The notes below the pieces were generated by a model. That model was not told the origin of the DNA, did not search any database, and saw only the letters and a program-made list of their open reading frames with translations. A stretch of DNA of 64,000 nucleotides from Candidatus Thorarchaeota archaeon (lineage in GTDB: Archaea; Asgardarchaeota; Thorarchaeia; Thorarchaeales; Thorarchaeaceae). Made by a program: the position numbers and the translations under genes. Position 1 is the stretch's first letter. Every line of letters begins with the position of its first letter. This document shows positions 1 through 9,458 of this stretch, piece by piece. The stretch spans positions 1,305,747-1,369,746 of the forward strand of contig CP070761.1 in the NCBI GenBank assembly GCA_020348985.1. Reading direction: 5' to 3'.

Positions 1-74
1 TGAAGCAGTTCGGCAAGTCCAGAAGACGTGGCAGGGGAGGCATACCGGGAATCCCCGGGTTGCCGGGAATGTGA
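1..74 (+). CDS. 3' end of a gene truncated by the window edge, probably SRP54
   Basis: Frame reads ..KQFGKSRRRGRGGGIPGIPGLPGM*, typical of the SRP54 M-domain tail; srp54 next to trmY is a common archaeal arrangement. Confidence 0.55.
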   Translation, partial: KQFGKSRRRGRGGIPGIPGLPGM

Positions 75-101
75 GTTCTCACTCTAGTGTGAGGAGAAGA
101 C

Positions 102-689
102 ATGACAATCAGACGCTTTCTCGTCTGCTTCAATGACTTTTCAATTGATGAGGCGCATGTGAAGTCCGGAAGAAACCTGCCCAATGTGGTGGTATCATGT
201 CGGTGCGTGAATGTAGGGCTCTTCCTGTCGGGCGATATGAGGCGGGATGTGGAAGTCAGCATAGCAGCAGGGTCGCCCTCTGGCATGACTGTCTTCTCCT
301 TCCCCGGTAGAACGCTAAGACGTGTGTCTCCTGACGAGCGATCAATATCCTTCTTTTTGTGGAAAGCAAACATGATAGCAGAAAACCTCCGTCATGGCGA
401 AGAGTCTGTACTTCCTAATGGAATCATAGTCCGTAAATCAGACCTAGAAACGTTGATGGCACAATGGAATCCAGAGAAAGTCTATCTTTCCACAAGAGAT
501 GATTCAAAGGTCGTGAAATCCGGGAAGATCCATCACTATGGCCTTTTCATCTACGATCAGGGAGGTTGGGGCCTATCTGAAGTACCCGTCCTAAAGCAAG
601 CTGTGAAGCTTCATGGTTCACATTCTCCCGAACGCTTCATTCTTGAAGTGAATCTGGATGCGGATTATGCTCGCAAAGAACCGGTGTAG
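102..689 (+). CDS. TrmY-like (DUF358) SPOUT protein, divergent
   Basis: RRFLV N-terminus, CRCVNVGLFLSGDMRRDV, PDERSI and PNGIIV match the TrmY family; the C-terminal knot motif is degenerate. Confidence 0.65.
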   Translation: MTIRRFLVCFNDFSIDEAHVKSGRNLPNVVVSCRCVNVGLFLSGDMRRDVEVSIAAGSPSGMTVFSFPGRTLRRVSPDERSISFFLWKANMIAENLRHGEESVLPNGIIVRKSDLETLMAQWNPEKVYLSTRDDSKVVKSGKIHHYGLFIYDQGGWGLSEVPVLKQAVKLHGSHSPERFILEVNLDADYARKEPV

Positions 690-756
690 ATTGACAAGGT
701 TCATAATGACTTCAATCGAGAAGAAAGTGACACTAACATCTCTAGAGTGAATCCAC

Positions 757-1932
757 TTGCCGACCAACGTTTCTCCCGAGTTTGACAGGCAAAGACAAGT
801 CTATGAAGATACTGAAGATATGGCACAGAGGATAGTAGAGCTTGAGAAGCTACTTTCTCTTGCGCCCAGACATAAGGGTGCTGAGAGAATGGTTGGGGAC
901 TATAGAAAGAAGCTCGCTGTGCTCAAGGCCAAATTGGAAAAGAAAGAGGAACAAGAACGCGCGCGGCGCAGGGGCGGTTCCGAAGAAGGTGTCATCAGAA
1001 AAGAAGGCGCAGGACAAATCTGCCTCGTCGGAGTGACGAACAGCGGCAAATCATCTTTGATAAACGCCGTTACAAATGCGGACTTCGCTGTGGGAGAATA
1101 TCCGTTTACCACGACCATTCCTACACCTGCGATGATGACGCTTGAAGATATTAACATACAACTAGTCGAGCTCCCAGGCATCTTTGAAGGAAGCCATGAA
1201 GCAGGCATAGGAAGACAGGCGCTTTCAGTGGCGCGGAATACTGATTGCATAGCAATCATTGTCGATCTTTCCAAAGACATAGAATCACAAATGTCAGTCA
1301 TCCTTTCAGAACTTGACGCAGCACGAATTCGTCTTAATCGTGAGAAGACTGCTGTCAGAATAGAAAGAGTCGGTCTAGGCGGATTGCAGGTGTTTGGAAT
1401 ACAGAACTTCGAGGGGAGTAAGGAAGAGGTCCTTGAATACTTGAAGGCTCGGAAGGTTAGCAATATCATTGTTCGATTCCAGAAACCTGCCACATTTCAA
1501 CAGCTTGCAGATGCTATGGACGCCAGTGTTGCGTACGTGCGGGCAATGATTGTTGCAACGAAAGGCGATACGAATGGGTCAATGGAAAGGTTCGAGGAAC
1601 TAGAATCTAGATACGGTGGCCGGTTTGACATAGTTCCCACATCAGTGGCACGAAACGAGAATCTTGACGGGATGAGTTGGGCCCTGTACAATCATCTAGA
1701 CATCCTTAGGGTCTACACGAAGATTCCTGGGAAGAAGAAAGAGGACAGGCCTATTGTCTTGCCTGAAGGTTCTATCGTAGAAGACGCTGCCAGCAAAGTG
1801 CACAAGGAGCTGTTTGTGGAAAGATTTCGTGCGGCCGTCATACTTCGCAAGGATGACAAGATCAAGCGAAGACAGGTTGGGCTTAACTACCCGTTGCAGG
1901 ACGGCGATGTTCTGCAGCTGATGACCAGATAG
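757..1932 (+). CDS. DRG/Rbg-family Obg-like GTPase with TGS domain
   Basis: GVTNSGKSS, YPFTT, IQLVELPG, HKGAE, C-terminal RVYTK..L.DGDVL. Confidence 0.9.
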   Translation: MPTNVSPEFDRQRQVYEDTEDMAQRIVELEKLLSLAPRHKGAERMVGDYRKKLAVLKAKLEKKEEQERARRRGGSEEGVIRKEGAGQICLVGVTNSGKSSLINAVTNADFAVGEYPFTTTIPTPAMMTLEDINIQLVELPGIFEGSHEAGIGRQALSVARNTDCIAIIVDLSKDIESQMSVILSELDAARIRLNREKTAVRIERVGLGGLQVFGIQNFEGSKEEVLEYLKARKVSNIIVRFQKPATFQQLADAMDASVAYVRAMIVATKGDTNGSMERFEELESRYGGRFDIVPTSVARNENLDGMSWALYNHLDILRVYTKIPGKKKEDRPIVLPEGSIVEDAASKVHKELFVERFRAAVILRKDDKIKRRQVGLNYPLQDGDVLQLMTR

Positions 1933-1964
1933 TTGGTTAATGTGACGCAGTTGAGGTGTCCTAA

Positions 1965-2702
1965 ATGACTGAGTTCCCGAATCTATCTGTCATTTTGGTG
2001 GAACCGGAGAGCCCCGGCAATATTGGATTCACTGCGAGAGTTCTTGCGAATTTCGGTGTCTCTGACCTGAGAATTGTTGGTAAGGATCTCAGGCATGAAC
2101 AGCAAGCTCAGATGTTCTCGGCAAATGCTAAGAACATTCTAGATAGTGCTCTCATTTTCTCGGACCTCAAGACTGCCCTTAACGGTATCGAAATGGCATG
2201 GGCAGCCACTGCAAGAACAGGCAGAAATCACAGTGTAACTAGAGCTGCAGTGCCCCTGGGTGAGCTTCCTGATCCAGCATCACGGGAAGGAAGGGTTGCC
2301 CTTGTCTTTGGCCGGGAATCTGCAGGTCTGACAAATGACGAGATAGAATGTTGCGACCTCATACTTACAATTCCAACCTCAGGGAGCTATAGGAGCATGA
2401 ACTTGAGTCATGCAGTTGCAGTCGTCTTGTATAGTCTGTTTGAAAGATACGCTCCGGAAGAGCCACGGACTCCTACAGAGCCGAGAGCGGCCACTTTCGA
2501 GGAGCGGGAGCAGGCCATAACCTTCTTCGACGAGCTTGTTGACCAGGCAAGAATAAGGGACTTTAGAAGACCGATTGCAAAGCAGGTTTTCCGTAATCTT
2601 GTGGGACGCGCGTATGTCACTGGACGTGAGATTACGACCCTTACCGGCACTATAAGGAAGATAAAGGAGCTAGTTGAAGAGCAGGAACGTGAGCAGGACT
2701 AG
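1965..2702 (+). CDS. trmJ: tRNA (cytidine32/uridine32-2'-O)-methyltransferase
   Basis: VILVEPESPGNIG, LVFGRESAGLTNDE, SMNLSHAV. Confidence 0.9.
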   Translation: MTEFPNLSVILVEPESPGNIGFTARVLANFGVSDLRIVGKDLRHEQQAQMFSANAKNILDSALIFSDLKTALNGIEMAWAATARTGRNHSVTRAAVPLGELPDPASREGRVALVFGRESAGLTNDEIECCDLILTIPTSGSYRSMNLSHAVAVVLYSLFERYAPEEPRTPTEPRAATFEEREQAITFFDELVDQARIRDFRRPIAKQVFRNLVGRAYVTGREITTLTGTIRKIKELVEEQEREQD

Positions 2703-3238
2703 GATCCGTACCCCAGCTTGCGTTTCAACTCGGGATCAATCTTGTCGAAGACAACCTTGCAAGGAGTCGGCATTTTTGGGGCCGCCTTCTTCAGAGCCCT
2801 TTGCGCCTCAGCGATGTGCTGTCTGTTGCATCGGATTGTAATTAGAGCTTGATTCGGCTTCACTCTTGCCGCCACACCAATGACCTTGCCCCACGCCTTT
2901 CTCATACCATCCTGCACTCTGTCTGCACCTGCGCCAGAGATCATCTTGTTCTCACGCAGATAGTGATATGGCTTGACACGAATCCTCAGATGGTAGTTTC
3001 GACGTCCTACCGTCTTCGTCATATGCCTGTTAGAGGCTATTCGAGCGGCCTCCAGGGCTTGATGACGGATTTGACATCTCTCAAGACCAACCAACGACAG
3101 CTGAACCTCGAAGTCTCCTCCAGCAGCACCCATGTCAAAGCTGACAATTCTGCTGGCTGGCTGACGGTGTATGTACTTCTTTCTGACAAAAGGAGGTCGG
3201 TCTGCTAATCTGTAGCAGTGTCCTGGACGCTTTCCCAT
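2699..3238 (-). CDS. rpl10e: 50S ribosomal protein uL16 (L10e)
   Basis: MGKRPGHCYR, ALEAARI, RENKM..AGADR.QDGMR; start placed at MGKRP. Confidence 0.95.
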   Translation of the reverse strand: MGKRPGHCYRLADRPPFVRKKYIHRQPASRIVSFDMGAAGGDFEVQLSLVGLERCQIRHQALEAARIASNRHMTKTVGRRNYHLRIRVKPYHYLRENKMISGAGADRVQDGMRKAWGKVIGVAARVKPNQALITIRCNRQHIAEAQRALKKAAPKMPTPCKVVFDKIDPELKRKLGYGS

Positions 3239-3341
3239 GATTATTCCGCCTGAGAATCCTAGATAGTCTGAACTGACCAGATTCATTCGAGAGCCCCGGG
3301 CTTTGAATAAAAGGATTATGGCCTAGCCTGACTTTCTAGAC

Positions 3342-3395
3342 AGCCTGATGCTCTGTATCAGGGTACATGAACATGCATGCAGTGCTTCTCAGGCT
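3342..3395 (-). terminator. Long imperfect hairpin at the DHS stop codon
   Basis: AGCCTGA..TCAGGCT outer stem with nested CTGTA/TGCAG and CATG-AA-CATG pairings. Confidence 0.35.
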
Positions 3396-4320
3396 ATGCG
3401 ATTCCTGAGAGAACTAGCAGCGGAAAGATAATTGTGGCATCTCCAATGACAGTCTCGTAGTTCGCCTCAGTCTGAACCTTCTGCCATGAAACTCCTTCCT
3501 CTAGTGGAGCCCCCCCAAGGCTTCCTCCCTCGGGTCTGTCCATCGTTATCTGGACTGCCAAATCCAGACCGCCGCGCAAGATTGTGCTCCCCATTGTGAA
3601 ATGCTTTGTGAGACCTCCGCCCAGCATGAGGGCACCTGTCAGAGTAGTCTCATTGACTATATCACCTAGGATTCGCATATCCTTGACAAAGTCCAGAGAG
3701 ATATTGCGAGAGGTACTGTATGTATAGAGATGGAACCCTAACATAGAGTCCATCATTCCTGGAGAGAAAATCGGGACGTCCATGATGGAAGCCTGCTTCA
3801 AGATTGAAAGCTCATCAGATAGGGTTGAGCCCAGCTCTCTCAAGAACTCACTGGGTGCAAAGGAGGCCATTTGCTCGTCGGGAAGGTCGTCAAGGAACTC
3901 ATAGATTCTCTTCTCAAAGACCTCGAAGTCTTTCTCGCTTACGAAAATGTCTGCGATTCGGCCCATGCCTTGATTCCTCAATTCATGATCGTCCATGTTC
4001 TCTGGTACTCTATGATGTGCGCCGCCATATGCCTCAACGAGATCATGGACAATGTTGGCCCCGCTAGTCACAATTGCATCAATGTAGCCTCTATGAACTA
4101 GATCAGATATAGTGGTTCGAAGTCCTCCGGGAACCATTGGGCCTGAAATTGAGAGAAACGTGAAACATTTGGGATCTTCAAATATTCTGCGCACAATGTT
4201 TGCAGCCCTTCCAAGCCTCCCAGCTCCGAGAACTCCTACACCATTCATTGCCTTAACGAAATCTTGGACAGTCATGGGGCTGCTTGGCACAAAATGCTTT
4301 ACGCGGTCCATTATCGCCAC
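3394..4320 (-). CDS. dys: Deoxyhypusine synthase
   Basis: SGPMVPGGLR, GANIVHD, GGGLTKH, GSLGGA..EEGVSWQKV, DATI.FPL. Confidence 0.92.
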   Translation of the reverse strand: MAIMDRVKHFVPSSPMTVQDFVKAMNGVGVLGAGRLGRAANIVRRIFEDPKCFTFLSISGPMVPGGLRTTISDLVHRGYIDAIVTSGANIVHDLVEAYGGAHHRVPENMDDHELRNQGMGRIADIFVSEKDFEVFEKRIYEFLDDLPDEQMASFAPSEFLRELGSTLSDELSILKQASIMDVPIFSPGMMDSMLGFHLYTYSTSRNISLDFVKDMRILGDIVNETTLTGALMLGGGLTKHFTMGSTILRGGLDLAVQITMDRPEGGSLGGAPLEEGVSWQKVQTEANYETVIGDATIIFPLLVLSGIA

Positions 4321-4577
4321 ATGCGACAGGCCTTGTGCATGCGAGATAAGTCATTCCATAGTGAAAAGTTGACGCGGGACCGAATCGGTTCCGGGAGGGC
4401 TTGACTCGGCCCGCGTAATTCAGAATGAATCGAATCAATGTAGGTGTCAATTATGTTGAGGCTTTCTGGTGTTTGAGATCGCTCTCCTAGGATAATCTCG
4501 TTGTGGAGACTTATCCGAAAGTAATGACCAAGCAGTGTAGAGATAGGCTTAAACGGGTCATTCGTGGCGACATTCTC

Positions 4578-5201
4578 ATGCAACAAGCCCCAGTGATGAT
4601 GTACTACATCGTTTTTGGACTAGGACTACTGGTTCAATTCGTTTGGATAGTCATTGGAAGAGGGGCACGCAACTCGTACTTGAGGTCCGTCACTCACTTC
4701 AGTAGACCAAGCTCCACGTTAGGCAGATTCTATACTTGGAGAATTAGTAGGGTATATCATGTCTTGCTGGAGGGGATTGCACTTGACTTGGGCATTCTGG
4801 CTGCAATGGTTGTACTTGTTTTTCCCTCAGTCAGCCTAGTTGAGATCATAGACACATTACCAATACTGGCTCTTGTGCTAGTCCTGACATTCATGAGTGC
4901 CGTTCAGGAGGCGAATCGTATTAGAGCAGTCCTGCGCGCTGAACAACATCTTCTGAGAGACATTAGCTCTGACACGGACAAAGTAGGCAGAGTCGAATTG
5001 ATTGTCGAAAGTCTTCTCTCTCAAGGCAAAATGGCTGATGGAAGTGTCTGGATGGCTCTCTTTAACATTTCACTCGTACAGAATCCAATAGGTTATGCTG
5101 TTCGGGACGTCCTTATGGAGAAGCGGAGTGAGTTTCCTCGAGCTCGCGGACCAGGAAAAGAGCCGTCAGTCAGTCCTGATAATGGCCCAGGAATCACCTA
5201 G
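4578..5201 (+). CDS. Hypothetical membrane protein (about 3 TM)
   Basis: Three hydrophobic segments; start chosen at MQQAP. Confidence 0.65.
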   Translation: MQQAPVMMYYIVFGLGLLVQFVWIVIGRGARNSYLRSVTHFSRPSSTLGRFYTWRISRVYHVLLEGIALDLGILAAMVVLVFPSVSLVEIIDTLPILALVLVLTFMSAVQEANRIRAVLRAEQHLLRDISSDTDKVGRVELIVESLLSQGKMADGSVWMALFNISLVQNPIGYAVRDVLMEKRSEFPRARGPGKEPSVSPDNGPGIT

Positions 5202-5286
5202 CACATTTCTTCTAGGATTCATTCAGTTATACTTATATGAAGACCCAAGGGCGTCAACCAGAATCCACTGGATTGAGGGACTCCTA

Positions 5287-5571
5287 GTGTCAAAGAAAGA
5301 TGTCTTGAAAGGCCGAAAGGGCGTTGTGACAAGCTATCGCAGAGGCAAGCATCTGCAGAATCCAAACCAGGTCCTCCTAATCTTTGAGGATATCGAGTCT
5401 AGGGCAGAGGCTGCAACACTAGTCGGCAGGAAGGTCAGATGGACGTCTGCTGAAGGTCGCGAGTTCTTGGGCAAAGTGCTTGGAGTCCATGGCAACAGTG
5501 GCGTTGTAAGAGCCAAGTTCAGAACAAACCTGCCGGGTCAGGCTATTGGAACTCCTGTCGTGCTTCAGTGA
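5287..5571 (+). CDS. rpl35ae: 50S ribosomal protein eL33 (L35Ae)
   Basis: SYRRGKHLQNPNQ, GVHGNSGVVRAKFRTNLPGQAIG; GTG start inferred. Confidence 0.93.
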   Translation: MSKKDVLKGRKGVVTSYRRGKHLQNPNQVLLIFEDIESRAEAATLVGRKVRWTSAEGREFLGKVLGVHGNSGVVRAKFRTNLPGQAIGTPVVLQ

Positions 5572-5612
5572 TACCTTCATCACTTTTATCAGAAGACTCC
5601 AGCTATTTCAGA

Positions 5613-5686
5613 TGGCTCCAATGATGTTTTTTGGCTATCTGAGGGCAAAGCGCCCAGCGACGAGTCATAGTTAGACTGAGGAGCCA
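5613..5686 (+). ncRNA. Box C/D guide sRNA targeting LSU rRNA H69-H71
   Basis: 7-bp terminal stem TGGCTCC/GGAGCCA, C box ATGATG, D' CTGA, C'-like GCGACGA, D CTGA; guides complementary to UAACUAUGAC(UC) and GUAGCCAAA; TATA-like CTTTTATC about 25 nt upstream. Confidence 0.85.
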
Positions 5687-5724
5687 CCTCCCGAACAGCC
5701 TCAAATCATGGATAGATTGCTGAA

Positions 5725-6321
5725 ATGATCGAGTTGGTTGCCTATCTACTTGTTTACTTCGGGGCCGGTTTTATGCTGAAGCTAGGAGATGACCTACTCG
5801 ATGAGCTTGATCGACCGGATCTTGCGTGGTATCCATTGGCCGTGTCAGGAATTTTCTTCGGTATACTGATGACAACATCAGAATGGGACCTTGTACTCCT
5901 GACCGCGATTATCATAGGCGTTCTGGCGTCAGGTAAGGTCAACAGAGCTCAGTTTCTGATTGGATTCGCATTTATCGGGTTGGTCTTTGTTCTTAGATTC
6001 ATTATCACAGACTGGACGTTAGTAGTGACCAGTTGGCTTGATTGGATGGCTCTTCTAGTATCACTGTTTCTTGCAGCTGTTCTCGACGAACTGGGAAATG
6101 ACTGGACAAATCCTGAGCTTAACCCAACAGCGTACCTGTTCTTCAAGTATCGATTTAGTCTCAAGTGCTCCGTTCTTCTGCTTGCTATCTTCTGGCCCGC
6201 ATTCCTCTTAGCTGCAATAGGACTGTGGTCATTTGACCTTGGTTATGAAACAACAGGTTGGACTTTAAGAGTCAAAGTCAAGATAGAGCTTGATAGGCAA
6301 GACTACAGCAAACGTCCATGA
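5725..6321 (+). CDS. Hypothetical multi-pass membrane protein
   Basis: About 6 TM segments, KLGDDLLDE motif. Confidence 0.7.
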   Translation: MIELVAYLLVYFGAGFMLKLGDDLLDELDRPDLAWYPLAVSGIFFGILMTTSEWDLVLLTAIIIGVLASGKVNRAQFLIGFAFIGLVFVLRFIITDWTLVVTSWLDWMALLVSLFLAAVLDELGNDWTNPELNPTAYLFFKYRFSLKCSVLLLAIFWPAFLLAAIGLWSFDLGYETTGWTLRVKVKIELDRQDYSKRP

Positions 6322-7384
6322 ATACAGGTTTGAGCCCCTTCTCTCGTGCGAAGTCCACTCCTTCTTGACTGATAAGAGCAATTCCGTTTGCCCCCGATCT
6401 GATTGCGTACATGTCAGATTCGACCTTGTGCGGGCCCAGGGGTCTGGCACATCCTAAGAGCAGTGGAACCTTCGGAATTCCGAGCCGTGCGATGGTAATG
6501 ACTCGACCTATATCAATTGGTGCAGGAGGAGTAATGTCTTCCATCGATGTCTTTCTGACAGGACTCAGGGCTATTATGACAACAGCAGTTGGAGACATCC
6601 GGGATACAATATCCAGGGCCTCAACTTCTCCGCAAAGACGACCATGGTCCAGACCCACAAGAATGTGTGGAACTGTTGGCACTTGAGCCGAATGCAGAAT
6701 CTCAAGAGATTGCTCCATTTGCCGTGGTCCGTCGCTGATATGGTAGACCTCCCTCGACACGCGTTCATCGCCAATTACGTCCAACATGGCGGCATCAACC
6801 CCTGCATTTGCGAGGATTCTTGCCGTTTGCACATCAACAAGACCAGTGTGCACGACCACCTGAAGGCCAATGTCTTCCTTGACAATTCTTATTGCCTCTG
6901 CAAATCTGCGGAGAGGTACATGACCCCTTGAATCTGAACCCCCGCTGATTAGAACACCCTCTCCACCTGCACTTGCTATCTCCTGACATCTTTGAACTAG
7001 TGACTCTGGCGTGACCAAGGGTTCCATGCCCTTCAGCAACCGGCCTCCACAGTGCTCACAATTCAGGGAGCATGATTCACCTGTCACGCTGATTGATATG
7101 AAGTTCAGCGAACTACGCTGCTTGTGATCTCGGATGCTATATGGATAGGCTGTAGGACTGTAACAAAGAAGCTCGCTTCCAAATGATTCACGTCTAGCTC
7201 TGAATCCGTCTTCCATCCATTGGTCTAGGTCCTCCAACTTCGAATGAATGATCTGATGACCGTCTGAAAGGATGTCGAAGCTCAATTTACTGCCTCTGTG
7301 CCCAAACGGAGGACAGGGGCTATTAGCCTTATGATAGAGAAAAGCGACTCGGCCTGTTCTGACAATCCATAAATAGTAGACCAT
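6278..7384 (-). CDS. Radical SAM protein, biotin/archaeal lipoyl synthase (LipS1-like); start uncertain
   Basis: CSLNCEHC, LISGG, LGCARP, C-terminal CCS. Confidence 0.8.
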   Translation of the reverse strand: MVYYLWIVRTGRVAFLYHKANSPCPPFGHRGSKLSFDILSDGHQIIHSKLEDLDQWMEDGFRARRESFGSELLCYSPTAYPYSIRDHKQRSSLNFISISVTGESCSLNCEHCGGRLLKGMEPLVTPESLVQRCQEIASAGGEGVLISGGSDSRGHVPLRRFAEAIRIVKEDIGLQVVVHTGLVDVQTARILANAGVDAAMLDVIGDERVSREVYHISDGPRQMEQSLEILHSAQVPTVPHILVGLDHGRLCGEVEALDIVSRMSPTAVVIIALSPVRKTSMEDITPPAPIDIGRVITIARLGIPKVPLLLGCARPLGPHKVESDMYAIRSGANGIALISQEGVDFAREKGLKPVFMDVCCSLAYQALS

Positions 7385-7417
7385 TCAGCAATAGAATCGA
7401 ATGAGGTCTGACTGGGA

Positions 7418-8161
7418 ATGAAAGCTGCAAAGAAAATCTTCGAGAGCGCCCTAGAAGAGGGCAGGACCTTTGTCCTCGAACATGAGGCAAAGGACATCAT
7501 GAAGAGCTATGACATACCGATTCCAAAGTATGAAACTGCAGCAAGCCCAGATGAAGCGGCAGAAAAGTCAAAGAAGATTGGATTTCCAGTTGTCCTGAAG
7601 ATTCTCTCCAAAGATATCCTCCACAAATCTGATGCAGGTGGGGTCAAGCTCAATCTCAAGAATGAAGACGAGGTCAAGACTGCTTTCAGCGAAATCATGG
7701 AAAATGCCAAGGGCTACGGAAAAGAGAAAGGAATAGACGTAGATCTCAGCCGTGGTGTCTTTATCACAGAATTCGTGGAAATGGGTACTGAAGTCATAGT
7801 AGGAGTGACCAAGGACGCACAGTTTGGTCACGCGCTGATGTTTGGACTGGGAGGAATATTTGTAGAGGTACTAAAGGATGTGACATTCAGGCTCATCCCC
7901 TTACGAGAGATAGATGCAAGAGAGATGGTCAGTGAAATCAAGGCTGCTAAGATTCTGGAAGGTGTTCGTGGAGAAAATCCTCGAGACGTTGAAGCTCTGA
8001 TCGATGTCATAATGAAGGTCTCTAAGATGGTTGAGGAGAATCCTGACATCATTGAGCTTGACTGTAACCCGACTTTCATCTACGAAAAAGGTAAAGGCGC
8101 TCTTGTTGTTGATGCTAGGATTCTGATAGAAGGTGAAGATACAGCACAGTCTAGTCACTGA
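7418..8161 (+). CDS. acdB: ADP-forming acyl-CoA synthetase beta subunit (ATP-grasp)
   Basis: GFPVVLKI.S.DILHKSDAGGV, MFGLGGIFVE, ELDCNP, VDARI. Confidence 0.9.
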   Translation: MKAAKKIFESALEEGRTFVLEHEAKDIMKSYDIPIPKYETAASPDEAAEKSKKIGFPVVLKILSKDILHKSDAGGVKLNLKNEDEVKTAFSEIMENAKGYGKEKGIDVDLSRGVFITEFVEMGTEVIVGVTKDAQFGHALMFGLGGIFVEVLKDVTFRLIPLREIDAREMVSEIKAAKILEGVRGENPRDVEALIDVIMKVSKMVEENPDIIELDCNPTFIYEKGKGALVVDARILIEGEDTAQSSH

Positions 8162-9344
8162 GTAGTTCGTTCATTGCTATTAGGCCACTCTTGATGTCAG
8201 GGTCGCTCATGCCTTCAGTCTCGGATGTTGCAGCTGATAGTAGAAGCAGCAATGAGATGAGTCGAGGAACAAGTCTTGAGTAGCGGAGAAGGAAATCTCT
8301 GTTACCAGTTGAGTCAACTATGAGAGATTCGAGTCTTCTGGATATCAAACCGAGACGCTCATCAACGCCTTCTGCCGGGTTCATACGTCTGAAGAGAGCG
8401 AGAACAGAGGCCTCATCCTGTAGGTTGCCCGCAGAGATTCCCATAGATTCGAGCTGCTCCAACGCTTCTGATGTCAGTGGTGTGTAGTGTTCTTCTTCTA
8501 CTCTATCAAGTCCTTGTTTCGCCGCTTGGAGCTGGACTAGGAACCGAAGCGAGTTGGTCAAAACCATTCGAAAAGAACCTGGAACCGTTGCAACCAACTT
8601 TGATAGAGCTTCCCCATTTACTCGTTCCAGGCGAGCAGCTAGTGAGGATTCCAATAGACTCTCAAAACCAGGTGAGAAAGCCACTTCGGCAATCTGTGGA
8701 AGACGAGTGTTCGTGGCGAATCTTCTGATCGCAATCAACGCCTTGTAGTCTGAGGGGGGTATGTAGAAGAGAAGAATCCGAACTATGTCGTATGCTGACT
8801 CGAAATCACCCTCGGTAGTGGAATTCCGTCCTTGATTTCTGCAGAGCAATCCGCTCACTAGTGCCCAGGCTGCGACCACGATTTCGCAGAGCTGGGCAAT
8901 CTCTTCGGAACTGCCGGCCTGCTGATCCTCCAAGAATTGAGATAGCCGTTCAACTCCTGCCGAAATGCGGCTGAGTGTATCCCCCCCAACTTGAACATTC
9001 GAGAGTGAAAGGATGAATTCTCTTGGATCGTGAGAGGCAGGTCTAATCGCAAAGGAAGGATTCTCTCTTGTCATTGTCCACCACTTGGTGGTTGACGCGA
9101 AGTAATCCAGAATGTCTATTGCAGTTGTGAGATCATTGAGGTCAGCGGCTGTTCTAGAGTCAAGAAAAGCCATCATTTTGGTAAGAAGACTTACAAAACG
9201 GGATAGATGAGCGGCTAATGGCTGTCCAGCATAGATGTGATCGGAATAACGGCCAATGACTGTCTCTGCTTGCCTTCCAGCGTCCTCACTAATCTGTGTC
9301 TGGATGAGTCCTCGGTAGACATCTATCGGCTTTCTGGACAACAC
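8151..9344 (-). CDS. Hypothetical all-helical protein with about 4 AAA-lid-like repeats
   Basis: 397-aa ORF with repeated helix-R/x-T-x-x-D-x-x-x-A pattern; no P-loop. Confidence 0.65.
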   Translation of the reverse strand: MLSRKPIDVYRGLIQTQISEDAGRQAETVIGRYSDHIYAGQPLAAHLSRFVSLLTKMMAFLDSRTAADLNDLTTAIDILDYFASTTKWWTMTRENPSFAIRPASHDPREFILSLSNVQVGGDTLSRISAGVERLSQFLEDQQAGSSEEIAQLCEIVVAAWALVSGLLCRNQGRNSTTEGDFESAYDIVRILLFYIPPSDYKALIAIRRFATNTRLPQIAEVAFSPGFESLLESSLAARLERVNGEALSKLVATVPGSFRMVLTNSLRFLVQLQAAKQGLDRVEEEHYTPLTSEALEQLESMGISAGNLQDEASVLALFRRMNPAEGVDERLGLISRRLESLIVDSTGNRDFLLRYSRLVPRLISLLLLLSAATSETEGMSDPDIKSGLIAMNELLSD

Positions 9345-9458
9345 CTGTCTCTCCTACATGACTGATCCCGCATTGCATAATGCCTGGTTGGTTCTTGCAG
9401 GATGGTCTTTTAGAACTGACAATATAAACCAGTGTCACACCGTTTCTACAAGGGTGCC

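Noticed and set aside
3342-4416. Hairpins around dys as SECIS or H/ACA RNAs
   Set aside because: No in-frame UGA selenoprotein nearby, no tandem GA kink-turn and no ACA box.
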